64,000 bases of DNA from an uncultured Actinomycetes bacterium (GTDB taxonomy: Bacteria; Actinomycetota; UBA4738; HRBIN12): positions 201,975 to 265,974 of the forward strand of contig CAVPIB010000007.1 of assembly GCA_963704885.1 (NCBI GenBank). Reading direction: 5' to 3'. The translations under genes and the position numbers were made by a program. How positions within the stretch are numbered: position 1 is the stretch's first letter; every line of letters begins with the position of its first letter. This document shows, in pieces, positions 9,084 to 18,142 of the stretch. A model generated the notes under the pieces. That model had not been told where the DNA came from, searched no databases, and worked only from the letters and a program-made list of their open reading frames with translations.

Positions 9084-10121
9084 TTGACGGAGGGCTTCGG
9101 GTTGTGGCACTGGATCGCGATCTTCCTCGTCTCGGCGGCAGCCCTCGTCTGGGCTGGCATCACGCTGGCGCGGGCCGGCGACGAGATCGCAACTCGGACC
9201 GGACTCGGCGGCCTTGTCGTCGGCATGTTCCTCATGGCAGTAGCCACTTCCTTGCCGGAGATCGTGACCGACGTGAGCGCGGCTATCGCTCACGCGCCGG
9301 ACCTCGCCGTCGGTGACCTCTTTGGGAGCAACATGGCGAACATGGCGATCTTGGCGGTCATCGACCTGATCGCGCAGCGGAAGGTCTGGCCTTCCGTGGA
9401 ACTCGGGCACGCGCGTGTCGCTTCCGTCGCGATCGCCCTGACGACGCTCGCCGTCCTCGGGATCGTCACACCGGTAGGGGTCTCGATCGGCTGGGTGGGC
9501 CTCGACACGATCGGGATCGTCGCGGCCTACCTGCTCGCGGTGGCGTGGGTGCGGCGAACCCGGACCCACGCTCCAGCAAGCAGGATCGATCTGGGGGAGC
9601 TGCCGGTTGCCACAGGGTGGACCCGATCGTCGCGCGCGCCCCGGCTGTTCCGAAGCGCCGCGGCGAGGTTCGGGCTGGCGGCCGCCGTCGTATTCGTGAC
9701 CGGCCCGTTCGTGGCGATCGCGGGGAAGGGGATCGCCGATACCTCCGGTCTCGGTCAGACGTTCGTGGGGGTGGCGATGCTCGCGGTCGCGACGTCCCTC
9801 CCGGAACTCGTGGCCTCCGTGGCCGCGGTGCGGATCGGGGCGTTCGACTTGGCGGTCGGGAACTTGTTCGGGAGCAACGCGATCAACATGGCGATGCTCG
9901 TGGTCGTCGACGTGGCCTTCGCGCGCGGGCCCCTGTTGTCGGCCGTGACGGGTTCCGGCGTGGTCGTTGCGGGCGTCGGGGCCATCTTGCTCATGTCGAT
10001 CGCCCTGGCGGCGGTCGTGCACGGTCAGGAGACCCGTATCAAGCGGCTCGAGCCCGATGCCGTCGTCCTGTTGCTTGCCTACATCGGCGCGCTGGCGGCG
10101 GTCGCAGCCGCCGCCATGTAG
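9084..10121 (+). CDS. CaCA family Na+/Ca2+ (cation/Ca2+) antiporter, YrbG-like
   Basis: Two alpha-repeats with GDLFGSN / GNLFGSN and ATSLPE motifs. Start is uncertain (TTG 9084 or GTG 9075); the ORF track extends to 8943. Confidence 0.8.
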   Translation: MTEGFGLWHWIAIFLVSAAALVWAGITLARAGDEIATRTGLGGLVVGMFLMAVATSLPEIVTDVSAAIAHAPDLAVGDLFGSNMANMAILAVIDLIAQRKVWPSVELGHARVASVAIALTTLAVLGIVTPVGVSIGWVGLDTIGIVAAYLLAVAWVRRTRTHAPASRIDLGELPVATGWTRSSRAPRLFRSAAARFGLAAAVVFVTGPFVAIAGKGIADTSGLGQTFVGVAMLAVATSLPELVASVAAVRIGAFDLAVGNLFGSNAINMAMLVVVDVAFARGPLLSAVTGSGVVVAGVGAILLMSIALAAVVHGQETRIKRLEPDAVVLLLAYIGALAAVAAAAM

Positions 10122-10223
10122 CAGGGACGAGCACCACCCGGCTCGGGGGGAGCGGGTCTTTCGGCCGGGCGAGACGCGGGATGACGGCGCCTAGGGTTGC
10201 TTCCAGGGCTGATGGGAGGTGCG

Positions 10224-11047
10224 GTGAAGATCTGTGTTCCCAGGGAGCGTGCTGCGGGTGAGCGGCGCGTTGCTCTGACGCCGCAGGGCGCCTCCGCCCT
10301 CGTCGTGCGCGGCTTCTCCGTGCTCGTCGAGCAGGGGCCGGGCTCGGAGCCGGCTTCACCGACGACGGATATGTGACGTCGGGCGCGTACGTCGTACCGG
10401 GTGCAGCGTCTGCATCTGCCGTCGACATCGTGCTGCGAGTGGGGCCCCCGCGACCCGAGGAGCTCGACCCGATCCCTCCGGGGACCGTCCTCGTCGGCTT
10501 CCTGGCTCTGTTCACCGACGGACCGCTTGTCCGACGCGTGGTCGAGCGGAGCTTGACCGCGCTCGCCCTCGAGGCGATGCCACGGAAGATGCTGGCCCAG
10601 AGTCTCGACGCCCTTTCCTCGCAGGCGAGCGCAGCGGGCAACGCGGCCGCCGTCTCGGCCGCGCGTGCATCTGGGCGGATCGTCCCGATGCTCACCACCG
10701 CTGCCGGCACGGTGCGGCCCGTGAAGGTGCTAGTTCGTCTCGGCCTACGACATCCGTCCGGAAACCAGGTTGAGATCGAGAGCCTCGGAGCCCGATTCGT
10801 CGAAGCGTCGGAGGCGGAGCGATCGGACCTTCCCGACGGCGCCGAGGAGGTCACGGGCTGGATGGTTCGCAGTCGATCACCACGGCCCACTGCCAGAACT
10901 CGAACCCCTCCGTCAACGGGCGACCCCCGATCCGGTCGAGCCAACCTACCCGAGCCCTCACGGCGGTCTCCGCGCCGGGGTGTACCCCTTCCAGGGGCCA
11001 CTCGCCTCATCCGTGGCGGGGCGGACGGCCGAGGGCGCTGCGGTTAG
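10224..11047 (+). pseudogene. pntA: pntA-like NAD(P) transhydrogenase alpha / alanine dehydrogenase-PNT domain gene, frameshifted and internally deleted
   Basis: The N-terminus VKICVPRERAAGERRVALTPQGASALVVRGFSVLVEQG stops at 10376. The protein continues in another frame (AGAGLGAGFTDDGYVTSGAYVV...DIVLRVGPP...EAMPRKMLAQSLDALSSQASAAG) after a shift within a GGGG run near 10340. The NAD-binding GxGxxG segment is missing and the C-terminal third is absent. Confidence 0.7.
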
Positions 11048-11066
11048 TTCCGTCTAACCTAGCTCT

Positions 11067-11681
11067 ATGACGACGACACAGACGCTCGGGATCATCGCCG
11101 CCCTGTGGGTGCTGATCGGTGTGACCGCCTCGATCGTGATGGGTCGGCGCGGACACAGCTCGTTCACCTGGCTGCTCCTCGGAGCGCTGCTCGGACCGCT
11201 GGTGATCCCCCTGGGACTGAGTGCCGTCAGGGCCGAGCGACGGGACCCCGGGACGCGGTCCAGGATCCTGCGCGAGGGCACGGCGCGTACCGGGACCGTG
11301 GATCTGCTCGTTGGGATCGACGGGTCGGTGCAGTCCGCCGCCGCGCTCCGTGCCGTGCTCAGCCTTTTCGCGGATCGCATCGGCCGCCTCACGCTTGCGA
11401 GCGTCATCGACTACGACAGCGCCATCTCGTCCCGGCCCTGGGATTCCGAGCGGCTGGCCGCGGAGCAACTCGGAAGTCTCGCGGCCACCGTGGAGGGCGC
11501 CCGGCCTACCACGATGGTGCTGGTGGGGCAGCCTTCTGCCGCGCTCGCGAAGCACGCGGCGGAGGACGGCTATGAACTGATCGTGGTCGGGCGTCGAGGC
11601 CACGGAGCGAGCAAGGCCCTGATCGGCAGCACGGCGATGCGTCTCGGGCACGGGGATGGTGCCCCGGTCCTCATCGTCTGA
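11067..11681 (+). CDS. membrane-anchored universal stress protein (N-terminal TM helix + UspA domain)
   Basis: 204 aa; TM helix plus MGRRGH motif, then the USP domain LLVGIDGS...LIVVGRRGHGASKALIGSTA. Confidence 0.8.
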   Translation: MTTTQTLGIIAALWVLIGVTASIVMGRRGHSSFTWLLLGALLGPLVIPLGLSAVRAERRDPGTRSRILREGTARTGTVDLLVGIDGSVQSAAALRAVLSLFADRIGRLTLASVIDYDSAISSRPWDSERLAAEQLGSLAATVEGARPTTMVLVGQPSAALAKHAAEDGYELIVVGRRGHGASKALIGSTAMRLGHGDGAPVLIV

Positions 11682-11695
11682 TCGCAGAGAGGGGG

Positions 11696-12307
11696 ATGAC
11701 CATGAACAGCACGCAGGTCGGGATCCTCATCGTGGCCGCATGGGTGTCGGTGGGCCTGGTCATCGGGCTCGTGATGGGCCGACGTGGACACAACACGCTC
11801 ACATGGATGATCTTGGGTGTGGTGCTCGGTCCCTTGACCGTTCCCCTGACGTGGCGAGCGGTCCGCGACGAACGAACGTCGAGGTCCCACGAGCTGTCAC
11901 AGGGCTCGCCCGGACCCGGAACCGCCGACGTGCTCGTCGGGATCGACGGCTCCGCTCAGTCCGAAGCCGCGCTCCGAACCGTCGTCGCACTCCTGGGCGG
12001 CCGGCTGGGCCGTCTCACATTGGCGGGCGTCGTCGACTTCGACAGCGTGGGATCAACGCCGCCGTGGGACAACGAGGCTCAGGTCCTTGAGGTCCTGGAG
12101 CGTCTACGAGGCTCCCTGCCGGACCTGAGCCCCGGGACCACGGTTCTCGGCGGGCATCCCGCGACCGCTCTCATGAAGGAAGCCGTGGAGGGTGGTTACG
12201 AGATGCTGGCTATCGGGCGACGGGGCCACGGAGCCGCGAAGGCCCTGATGGGGAGCACCGCGAACCGGCTCGCGCACGGCGCCAACATCCCCGTGCTCAT
12301 CGTCTGA
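11696..12307 (+). CDS. membrane-anchored universal stress protein, tandem paralog of 11067-11681
   Basis: 203 aa, about 55% identical to the upstream paralog, with the same MGRRGH motif, USP domain and VLIV C-terminus. Confidence 0.8.
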   Translation: MTMNSTQVGILIVAAWVSVGLVIGLVMGRRGHNTLTWMILGVVLGPLTVPLTWRAVRDERTSRSHELSQGSPGPGTADVLVGIDGSAQSEAALRTVVALLGGRLGRLTLAGVVDFDSVGSTPPWDNEAQVLEVLERLRGSLPDLSPGTTVLGGHPATALMKEAVEGGYEMLAIGRRGHGAAKALMGSTANRLAHGANIPVLIV

Positions 12308-12323
12308 TCGGGGTGCCCTGCTT

Positions 12324-15200
12324 GTGAGCCTGGCCGGGTCGACGTCGTCGGCCAGCCTGGGGGACAGACGAGTGGCGACACGCGGTCAGGATCGAGGTGA
12401 CTCCCGGCGACCGACATCCGGGCTCACTCCGCATGTGTGCACGGTCGCCGAGATCGCGGCGGAGCTGGCCTGTGATCTGGATCGCGGCCTGACATCCGAC
12501 GAGGCGCTGCGGAGGATCGCGCGTCACGGGCCGAACGAACTCCCGGCCCCGGCCCCCCCTCTCCGCTGGCGCCGGTTCCTCGAGCAGTTCCGCGATCCAC
12601 TGGTGTTGCTGCTGCTTGCGGCCACGGTCATCTCCTTCGCCGTCTGGCTCCTCGAGGGGGCCCACGGCATCCCGGTGGAGGCCCTCGTCATCGTGGGGAT
12701 CGTGGTCTTCAACGCGACCCTGGGCTTCCTGCAGGAGGAACGCGCCGAACGAGCCGTCGCGGCCCTCCGGGTGATGACCGTCCCTACCGCGACCGTGATC
12801 CGTGATGGTGCGCGCTCACGTATCGCATCTCGCGATGTGGTGCCCGGCGACCTGATGCTGATCGAGGAAGGGGATGCCGTCGCCGCCGACGGACGACTGT
12901 TCGAAATCACCTCGCTTCAACTCGCCGAAGCGGCTCTCACGGGCGAGAGCGAGGCGGTCGCGAAGAAGCTCGAGCCTGTCGACATCGATGCCGCTCTCGG
13001 CGACCGCACGAACATGGTGTTCACCGGGACGGTCGCGACGTTCGGGCGCGGTCGGGCGATCGTGACTGGGACCGGTGCGGACACGGAGATCGGGCGGATC
13101 GCCTCGATGCTCGTATCCACCCCCGAACGACAGACGCCCCTGCAGCGCGAGATCGAACGGGTAGGACGCGCGCTCGGGATCGCGGTGCTCGTGGTCGCTG
13201 TGGTCGTCGTCGGCTCGAGCCTGCTCACGAGTGAGATCCGAACGACGGCCGATGTCGTCGAGGTGCTCTTGTTGGGGGTCTCCCTCGCCGTGGCCGCCGT
13301 GCCCGAGGGCCTCGCGGCGGTCCTGACCGTGGTGCTGGCTCTCGGAGTGGAGCGGATGGCGAAGCGGAACGCGATCGTGAAGAAACTGTCGGCGGTCGAG
13401 ACGCTGGGGTCCGCGTCGGTGATCGGGTCGGACAAGACCGGCACGCTGACCAAGAACGAGATGGCGGTCCGAGCGGTGCTGAGCGCGAGCGGAAGATGCG
13501 AGCTATCGGGCGACGGTCGCGTGCGGCCGGATCCGGCTGTGTCGAACGAAGCTCCGTCGGACGACCGAACCCTGCGGGCTGAACTGGCGGCGCTTCTCGC
13601 CGCCGCTGCCACGGCGACGAACGCGGTCGTGGAGGAGGGCAAGGGCGGGCGGGTCATCCACGGCGACCCGACCGAGGCGGCGCTCATCGTCGCCGCCCGG
13701 AGCATCGATGCGCCGATCGAGGATCGTGCGGAACGGGTCGGCGAGGTGCCGTTCTCGTCGGAGCGCAAGCTGATGAGCGTCGTGCACGCCGACCCCCGGG
13801 ACGCCGAGCACATGACGGTGTTCGTGAAGGGCGCGCCCGACGTCTTGTTGGAGCGGTGCACGCACGAGGTCGTCGGCTCGGCTGCCCGTCCGCTGACGGA
13901 GAGGCGCCGGTCGGAGATCGAGTCGAGCGTGGAGCAGATGGCGGCGACCGGTCTCCGAACGATCGGCGTGGCGCGGCGGTCCGTCATGAGGGACTCTTAC
14001 ACCGAGGCGACCGAAGACCTGGAGAGGGACCTCGCGTTCCTCGGCGTCGCCGGGATGAACGATCCGCCGCGGTCGGAGTCGCGCGAAGCGGCCGGGACGG
14101 CGCGTGCCGCCGGGATCAGGGTGATCATGATCACCGGAGACCATCCCGCGACCGCTGCTGCGATCGCGTCCGAGATCGGCATCTCACAGGCCGGCGTCTC
14201 CGCGGCGGCGACGGGACAGGAGCTCGCGCGCCTGGACGACGACGGGTTCCTGGCGGTCGTGCGAAACACGGACGTCTTCGCCCGTGTTTCCCCCGAGCAC
14301 AAGCTGCGGATCGTGGAGAGCCTTGAGCTCGACGGCCACGTGGTGGCGATGACCGGAGACGGGGTGAACGACGCGCCGGCGCTGAAGACGGCCGACATCG
14401 GCATCGCCATGGGGATCACAGGTACGGAGGTGGCGAAGCAGGCGGCGGACGTGATCCTGACGGATGACAACTTCGCCACCATCGTCGCCGCGGTCGAGGA
14501 GGGCCGCACGATCTACTCGAACATCAGGAAGTTCATCCGCTACCTGCTCTCGTCGAACGTAGGTGAGGTCTTCACGGTGTTCTTCGGAGTCGCCCTGGCG
14601 GACGTGATCGGTCTGACCGCCGTGGACGGATCGTTCGTCGCGCCGCTCCTCGCTACTCAGATCCTTTGGATCAACCTGCTCACAGACGCGGCACCCGCGT
14701 TGGCGCTCGGGGTCGACCCGGCCAGCCCAGGGCTGATGGCGCGTCCTCCGAGGTCTTCCAAGGACCGGCTGATCGATGTCGAGATGTGGCTCGGGATCTT
14801 GGTCGTGGGCTCTGCGATGGCCATCGGGACGCTGCTCACGCTGGACCTGGCACTAGTGGGTGGCCTCATCGAAGGGGATCGCTCGCTCGACGAGGCTCGG
14901 ACGATGGCGTTCACCGTTCTCGTCCTGGCGCAACTGTTCAACGTATTCAACTCGCGTTCGGACCGGTCGAGCGCCTTCCGCTCCGGCCCCGTGAACCGAA
15001 GCGTATGGGGCGCGGTCGGCATCTCGGTTGGCCTCCAGGTCCTGGTGGTCTACGTCCCCGGACTCGGTCGGGCGTTCGGCACCGTCGCGATCGGCGCGGC
15101 CGACTGGGGCATCTGCATCGCCATGGCGAGCCTCGTCCTGTGGGCCGATGAGGCGTGGAAGCTGGTGAAGCGCGGCAAGAGCTCGCCACAGGAGTCCTGA
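12324..15200 (+). CDS. P-type ATPase, type II (Ca2+/cation-transporting, SERCA/PMCA-like)
   Basis: TGES, PEGL, DKTGTLT, KGAPD, MITGDHPATA and GDGVNDAPALK motifs. The true start may be a downstream GTG near 12440. Confidence 0.9.
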   Translation: MSLAGSTSSASLGDRRVATRGQDRGDSRRPTSGLTPHVCTVAEIAAELACDLDRGLTSDEALRRIARHGPNELPAPAPPLRWRRFLEQFRDPLVLLLLAATVISFAVWLLEGAHGIPVEALVIVGIVVFNATLGFLQEERAERAVAALRVMTVPTATVIRDGARSRIASRDVVPGDLMLIEEGDAVAADGRLFEITSLQLAEAALTGESEAVAKKLEPVDIDAALGDRTNMVFTGTVATFGRGRAIVTGTGADTEIGRIASMLVSTPERQTPLQREIERVGRALGIAVLVVAVVVVGSSLLTSEIRTTADVVEVLLLGVSLAVAAVPEGLAAVLTVVLALGVERMAKRNAIVKKLSAVETLGSASVIGSDKTGTLTKNEMAVRAVLSASGRCELSGDGRVRPDPAVSNEAPSDDRTLRAELAALLAAAATATNAVVEEGKGGRVIHGDPTEAALIVAARSIDAPIEDRAERVGEVPFSSERKLMSVVHADPRDAEHMTVFVKGAPDVLLERCTHEVVGSAARPLTERRRSEIESSVEQMAATGLRTIGVARRSVMRDSYTEATEDLERDLAFLGVAGMNDPPRSESREAAGTARAAGIRVIMITGDHPATAAAIASEIGISQAGVSAAATGQELARLDDDGFLAVVRNTDVFARVSPEHKLRIVESLELDGHVVAMTGDGVNDAPALKTADIGIAMGITGTEVAKQAADVILTDDNFATIVAAVEEGRTIYSNIRKFIRYLLSSNVGEVFTVFFGVALADVIGLTAVDGSFVAPLLATQILWINLLTDAAPALALGVDPASPGLMARPPRSSKDRLIDVEMWLGILVVGSAMAIGTLLTLDLALVGGLIEGDRSLDEARTMAFTVLVLAQLFNVFNSRSDRSSAFRSGPVNRSVWGAVGISVGLQVLVVYVPGLGRAFGTVAIGAADWGICIAMASLVLWADEAWKLVKRGKSSPQES

Positions 15201-15209
15201 GTTGGGTAC

Positions 15210-15250
15210 CTGGGCCGAACTGCCCTCTGCGGCAGGGACGTTCGGCCCGT
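15210..15250 (+). terminator. GC-rich hairpin GGGCCGAAC-N18-GTTCGGCCC immediately after the P-type ATPase stop
   Basis: 9-bp perfect stem read from the sequence; no U-tract, as is common in high-GC genomes. Confidence 0.4.
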
Positions 15251-15302
15251 CCAGATGTGTGCGAGTAGAGGGCTAGACTCCGTCCAGAAAGGGGGGATCG
15301 GG

Positions 15303-15872
15303 ATGTATGACCTCTCGAACCGCGAGTTCTGGACGGTGGTCCATGGGCTCGTTCTGGGAACGGTCTTCCTGCTCCTGTTCGGCGGGGGGCTCGCGGGATT
15401 ATGGAGTCTTCGCCCCGGGTTCCTGACGACCAAGGGCGTGCAAGAGCGCATGCGCCGTCTCTACGTGGGGATGTGGGCGATGGCGCTCACCGCCTGGGCG
15501 ACGGTGATAACGGGCACGTGGATCGTCTATCCCTGGTACCGCGCTGCGTTGGCGGGCGACGACTACTCCGGCTGCGCCGGGGCGGTCGTGCCGACGTCGG
15601 GCTGCTCCCCACGTGACTTCTTGAAGTCCAACGTCTCGGGCAACACCGAGAGCTGGCATGGCTTCGGGATGGAGTGGAAGGAGCACATCACGTGGGCGGC
15701 GCCGATCCTGGCCACCGCGGCCGCGTTCATCGTTGCCTACTACGGGGCACGTCTGATCCAACGACCCTGGTTGCGGGTGGCAACCCTCGTGATGATCGTG
15801 GGGGCGTTCGGAGCGGCCGTCATCGGCGGCTTCTACGGGGCGTTCCTGAACAAGATCGCGCCGATCGTGTGA
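15303..15872 (+). CDS. hypothetical integral membrane protein (4 TM)
   Basis: MYDLSNREFWTVVHGLVLGTVFLLLFGGG... AAGGGGGG Shine-Dalgarno upstream; the ORF track start at 15255 is less likely. Confidence 0.5.
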   Translation: MYDLSNREFWTVVHGLVLGTVFLLLFGGGLAGLWSLRPGFLTTKGVQERMRRLYVGMWAMALTAWATVITGTWIVYPWYRAALAGDDYSGCAGAVVPTSGCSPRDFLKSNVSGNTESWHGFGMEWKEHITWAAPILATAAAFIVAYYGARLIQRPWLRVATLVMIVGAFGAAVIGGFYGAFLNKIAPIV

Positions 15873-15883
15873 GGTGATATGAG

Positions 15884-16285
15884 ATGGCAACCAAGGAATG
15901 GAGCACGAAGGGCGATCCGATCGTGGATGCGCCCGAATTGGAGCCCCTGAACCTGGAGGCTAAGCCCGACGGGCCGGGGGCGGCGGTGATGCTTTCGGCC
16001 GGCGTAGGGATCTTCATCCTGGGTCTCTTCACGGTCCTGTCTGAGGCCTCCGCCGGGATCCACGACTGGCTCGAGACGCTCGACTTCGACAAGGGTGTCG
16101 GGCCGCTGGCCGGCAAGACGATCCTGGCCTCGGTTGGCTTCTTCGCGAGCTGGCTGATCTTCGGGATCGCCCTCCGCGACAAGGAGGTCAACCTCCCGAA
16201 GTGGTTCTGGTGGAGCCTGGGCCTGGGCGTGCTGGGAGCGATCATGATGTTCCCGCCTGTCTTCACGGCCTTCGCGGCGGAGTAG
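15884..16285 (+). CDS. hypothetical small membrane protein (133 aa, 3 TM)
   Basis: GAGGTG Shine-Dalgarno 7 nt upstream of the ATG; hydrophobic segments. Confidence 0.5.
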   Translation: MATKEWSTKGDPIVDAPELEPLNLEAKPDGPGAAVMLSAGVGIFILGLFTVLSEASAGIHDWLETLDFDKGVGPLAGKTILASVGFFASWLIFGIALRDKEVNLPKWFWWSLGLGVLGAIMMFPPVFTAFAAE

Positions 16286-16290
16286 GTGCG

Positions 16291-16536
16291 GTGAGGAGGA
16301 TCATCGAGGCGACGACGGCCGATCGGGTGGCCGCCCGGGTCGTGGGCCTGGGAGTGGGCCTGATAGCCCTGATGGTGACCTGGCTCGTGGGCAACCGAGT
16401 GGCCGGGCTCATCTGGGCTGCGCCCGTCGGGCCCAAGGTTGCATTCGGGGCTGCGATCGCCGTCGGGGTCGTCGTGGCCGTCATCGCGGGGATCCGGTTG
16501 GATCGCTCTTTGAGGACCAACGCCTCCAAGGAGTAG
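16291..16536 (+). CDS. hypothetical small membrane protein (about 81 aa from a GTG start)
   Basis: VRRIIEATTADRVAARVVGLGVGLIALMVTWLVG... Overlaps the stop of the previous gene; weak Shine-Dalgarno. Confidence 0.3.
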   Translation: MRRIIEATTADRVAARVVGLGVGLIALMVTWLVGNRVAGLIWAAPVGPKVAFGAAIAVGVVVAVIAGIRLDRSLRTNASKE

Positions 16537-16564
16537 CAAGGGAGCAGCACCACCCTGGAACGCA

Positions 16565-16593
16565 GGGTTCGGACCGCAGGTCCGAACCCTGCG
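16565..16593 (+). terminator. perfect 13-bp stem hairpin CAGGGTTCGGACC-GCA-GGTCCGAACCCTG
   Basis: Read directly from the sequence; follows the stop at 16536. Confidence 0.4.
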
Positions 16594-16610
16594 CTAGGCT
16601 CTGCGCCTAG

Positions 16611-16867
16611 ACATCCACGACGCGTACGACCTGGCAGACCGGATCAGCGTGATGCTCCAGGGGAAGCTGGGCGGCACGGTCAAGCAGGAAGACGTGACCG
16701 TGGACGAGGTCCTTGCCATGATCATCATGGGGAAGGCCCGGCGAGCTGACTCCGACCGACATCGCCCAGCTCCACTGAAGCGCTCTCGCCGTGTTGGCCT
16801 GACGCCTCTGGATAGTTTCGGGTTTGGCAAGGATCGCGTTATCGGTCCGCAACCCGCCGCTCGTTAG
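16611..16867 (+). pseudogene. 3'-terminal remnant of an ABC transporter ATP-binding protein gene
   Basis: [43 protein letters not shown] matches the extreme C-terminus of an ABC ATPase. There are no Walker motifs or start codon upstream, and the hairpin sits immediately before it. Confidence 0.45.
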
Positions 16868-16905
16868 CGTCATCGGCGTCCGGTATGTCGAGCTAAGGAG
16901 GATCC

Positions 16906-17265
16906 ATGCGGCGACGGGGGATCACTGTGATCGCGATGTCGGCGGTCTTGACGCTGTTCGGTGGGAGCGCCGCGCTGGCCGCGGTTCCCAGCACCATCTC
17001 GATCGGGTTCAACCAGGAAACCGAGCACTTCCACGGCAAGGTGCGTTCCTCAGATGACGAATGCTCGGCAGGGCGGACCGTGAAGCTCTTCGAGAAGACG
17101 GCCGACGGGCGAACGCTCCAAGGCAAGGCCACCACCAACGCTAACGGCAAGTGGGACATCGAGCTCATGCAGGCTGAGGGCTTCTACTTCGCAGTGACGC
17201 CCAAGCAGAAGGCCATGCACGCCAAGTGCGGGCGAGCGGTCTCGCGCATGGTCGACGTGATGTAG
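16906..17265 (+). CDS. secreted hypothetical protein (signal peptide, 119 aa)
   Basis: MRRRGITVIAMSAVLTLFGGSAALAAVPS signal peptide. Strong AAGGAGG Shine-Dalgarno; local GC dip. Confidence 0.7.
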   Translation: MRRRGITVIAMSAVLTLFGGSAALAAVPSTISIGFNQETEHFHGKVRSSDDECSAGRTVKLFEKTADGRTLQGKATTNANGKWDIELMQAEGFYFAVTPKQKAMHAKCGRAVSRMVDVM

Positions 17266-17282
17266 GGATCTGTCTCACGGAG

Positions 17283-17322
17283 ACGCCGGGCCGCCGCAGC
17301 GGGGCCCGGCGTTCTTCTGTCA
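17283..17322 (+). terminator. rho-independent-like terminator: GCCGGGCC-GCCGCAGC-GGGCCCGGC stem followed by a TTCTTCTGTC T-rich tract
   Basis: Stem and T-rich tail read directly from the sequence after the stop at 17265. Confidence 0.5.
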
Positions 17323-17326
17323 CGGG

Positions 17327-18142
17327 GTGACCGGTCGGACAGCGTCCGTGGAGAACAGCGCCATCGGAGCCCCCGCGTGGTCGAAGCGAGCGAGGAGACC
17401 GATCCGAACCAGGAGTACCGTGGCTCTGGTGTCGCCGCAACGACAGGAGCACGAGGTCTATCTGGAGGTGGCGACGAAGCGCGCCTTCGCCGGGGCGATC
17501 GGTTGGCCGGGGTGGTGTCGGAGCGGTCGTGACGCGGACGCCGCACTCGAGGCGCTGTTGGCGTATGGGTCCCGCTACGCGAATATCGTCCGTGGTCTGC
17601 GGCCTGCATTTCACTCGCCGATCGCCCTTGGGGACCTACGTGTGGTGGAGCGGCTGACCGGCGACGCCACCACCGAGTTCGGTGCGCCCTCCATCGCGCC
17701 ATCCGCCGACGCACGCCCGATGGACGCGAAAGAGTTCGACCGGTCGCTGTCGGTGCTGCGATCGTGCTGGTCGGCCTTCGACCGAGCCGTCGCGACCGCT
17801 CGAGGTGTGGAACTCACGAAGGGTCCGCGTGGCGGGGGTCGTGGGCTAGACGCGATCGTCTCGCACGTGGTCAGCGCGGAAGCTAGCTATGTAGGCAAGC
17901 TAGGTATGAAGCGCCCGAGGGTCGACGCTGACGAGACGGCACACGCTCGCGACGACGTCCGCATGGTGGTCCTTGAGGCCCTGTCGCGCGCGCTGACCGA
18001 TGGGCTTCCCGAGGCCGGGCCTCGCGGCGGGAAGATGTGGACGCCGTCGTACTTCGTTCGCCGAGCCTCGTGGCACGTGACCGATCACCTGTGGGAGATA
18101 CAGGACCGGTCCGGGACCGAAGCGTCAGCCGGTTCCTGCTGA
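17327..18142 (+). CDS. DinB/MDMPI-like (mycothiol maleylpyruvate isomerase N-terminal domain-like) hypothetical protein
   Basis: C-terminal WHVTDHLWEI motif and His-rich metal-binding pattern. The real start is probably an internal GTG near 17420. Confidence 0.4.
   Translation: MTGRTASVENSAIGAPAWSKRARRPIRTRSTVALVSPQRQEHEVYLEVATKRAFAGAIGWPGWCRSGRDADAALEALLAYGSRYANIVRGLRPAFHSPIALGDLRVVERLTGDATTEFGAPSIAPSADARPMDAKEFDRSLSVLRSCWSAFDRAVATARGVELTKGPRGGGRGLDAIVSHVVSAEASYVGKLGMKRPRVDADETAHARDDVRMVVLEALSRALTDGLPEAGPRGGKMWTPSYFVRRASWHVTDHLWEIQDRSGTEASAGSC

Noticed and set aside
8259-10022. 587-aa minus-strand ORF
   Set aside because: Arg/His/Asp-rich, low-complexity translation lying antisense to the CaCA antiporter gene. 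It is a typical high-GC antisense artefact.
10039-11010. 323-aa minus-strand ORF
   Set aside because: Arg/Pro/Ala-rich antisense frame opposite the pntA remnant, with no motifs.
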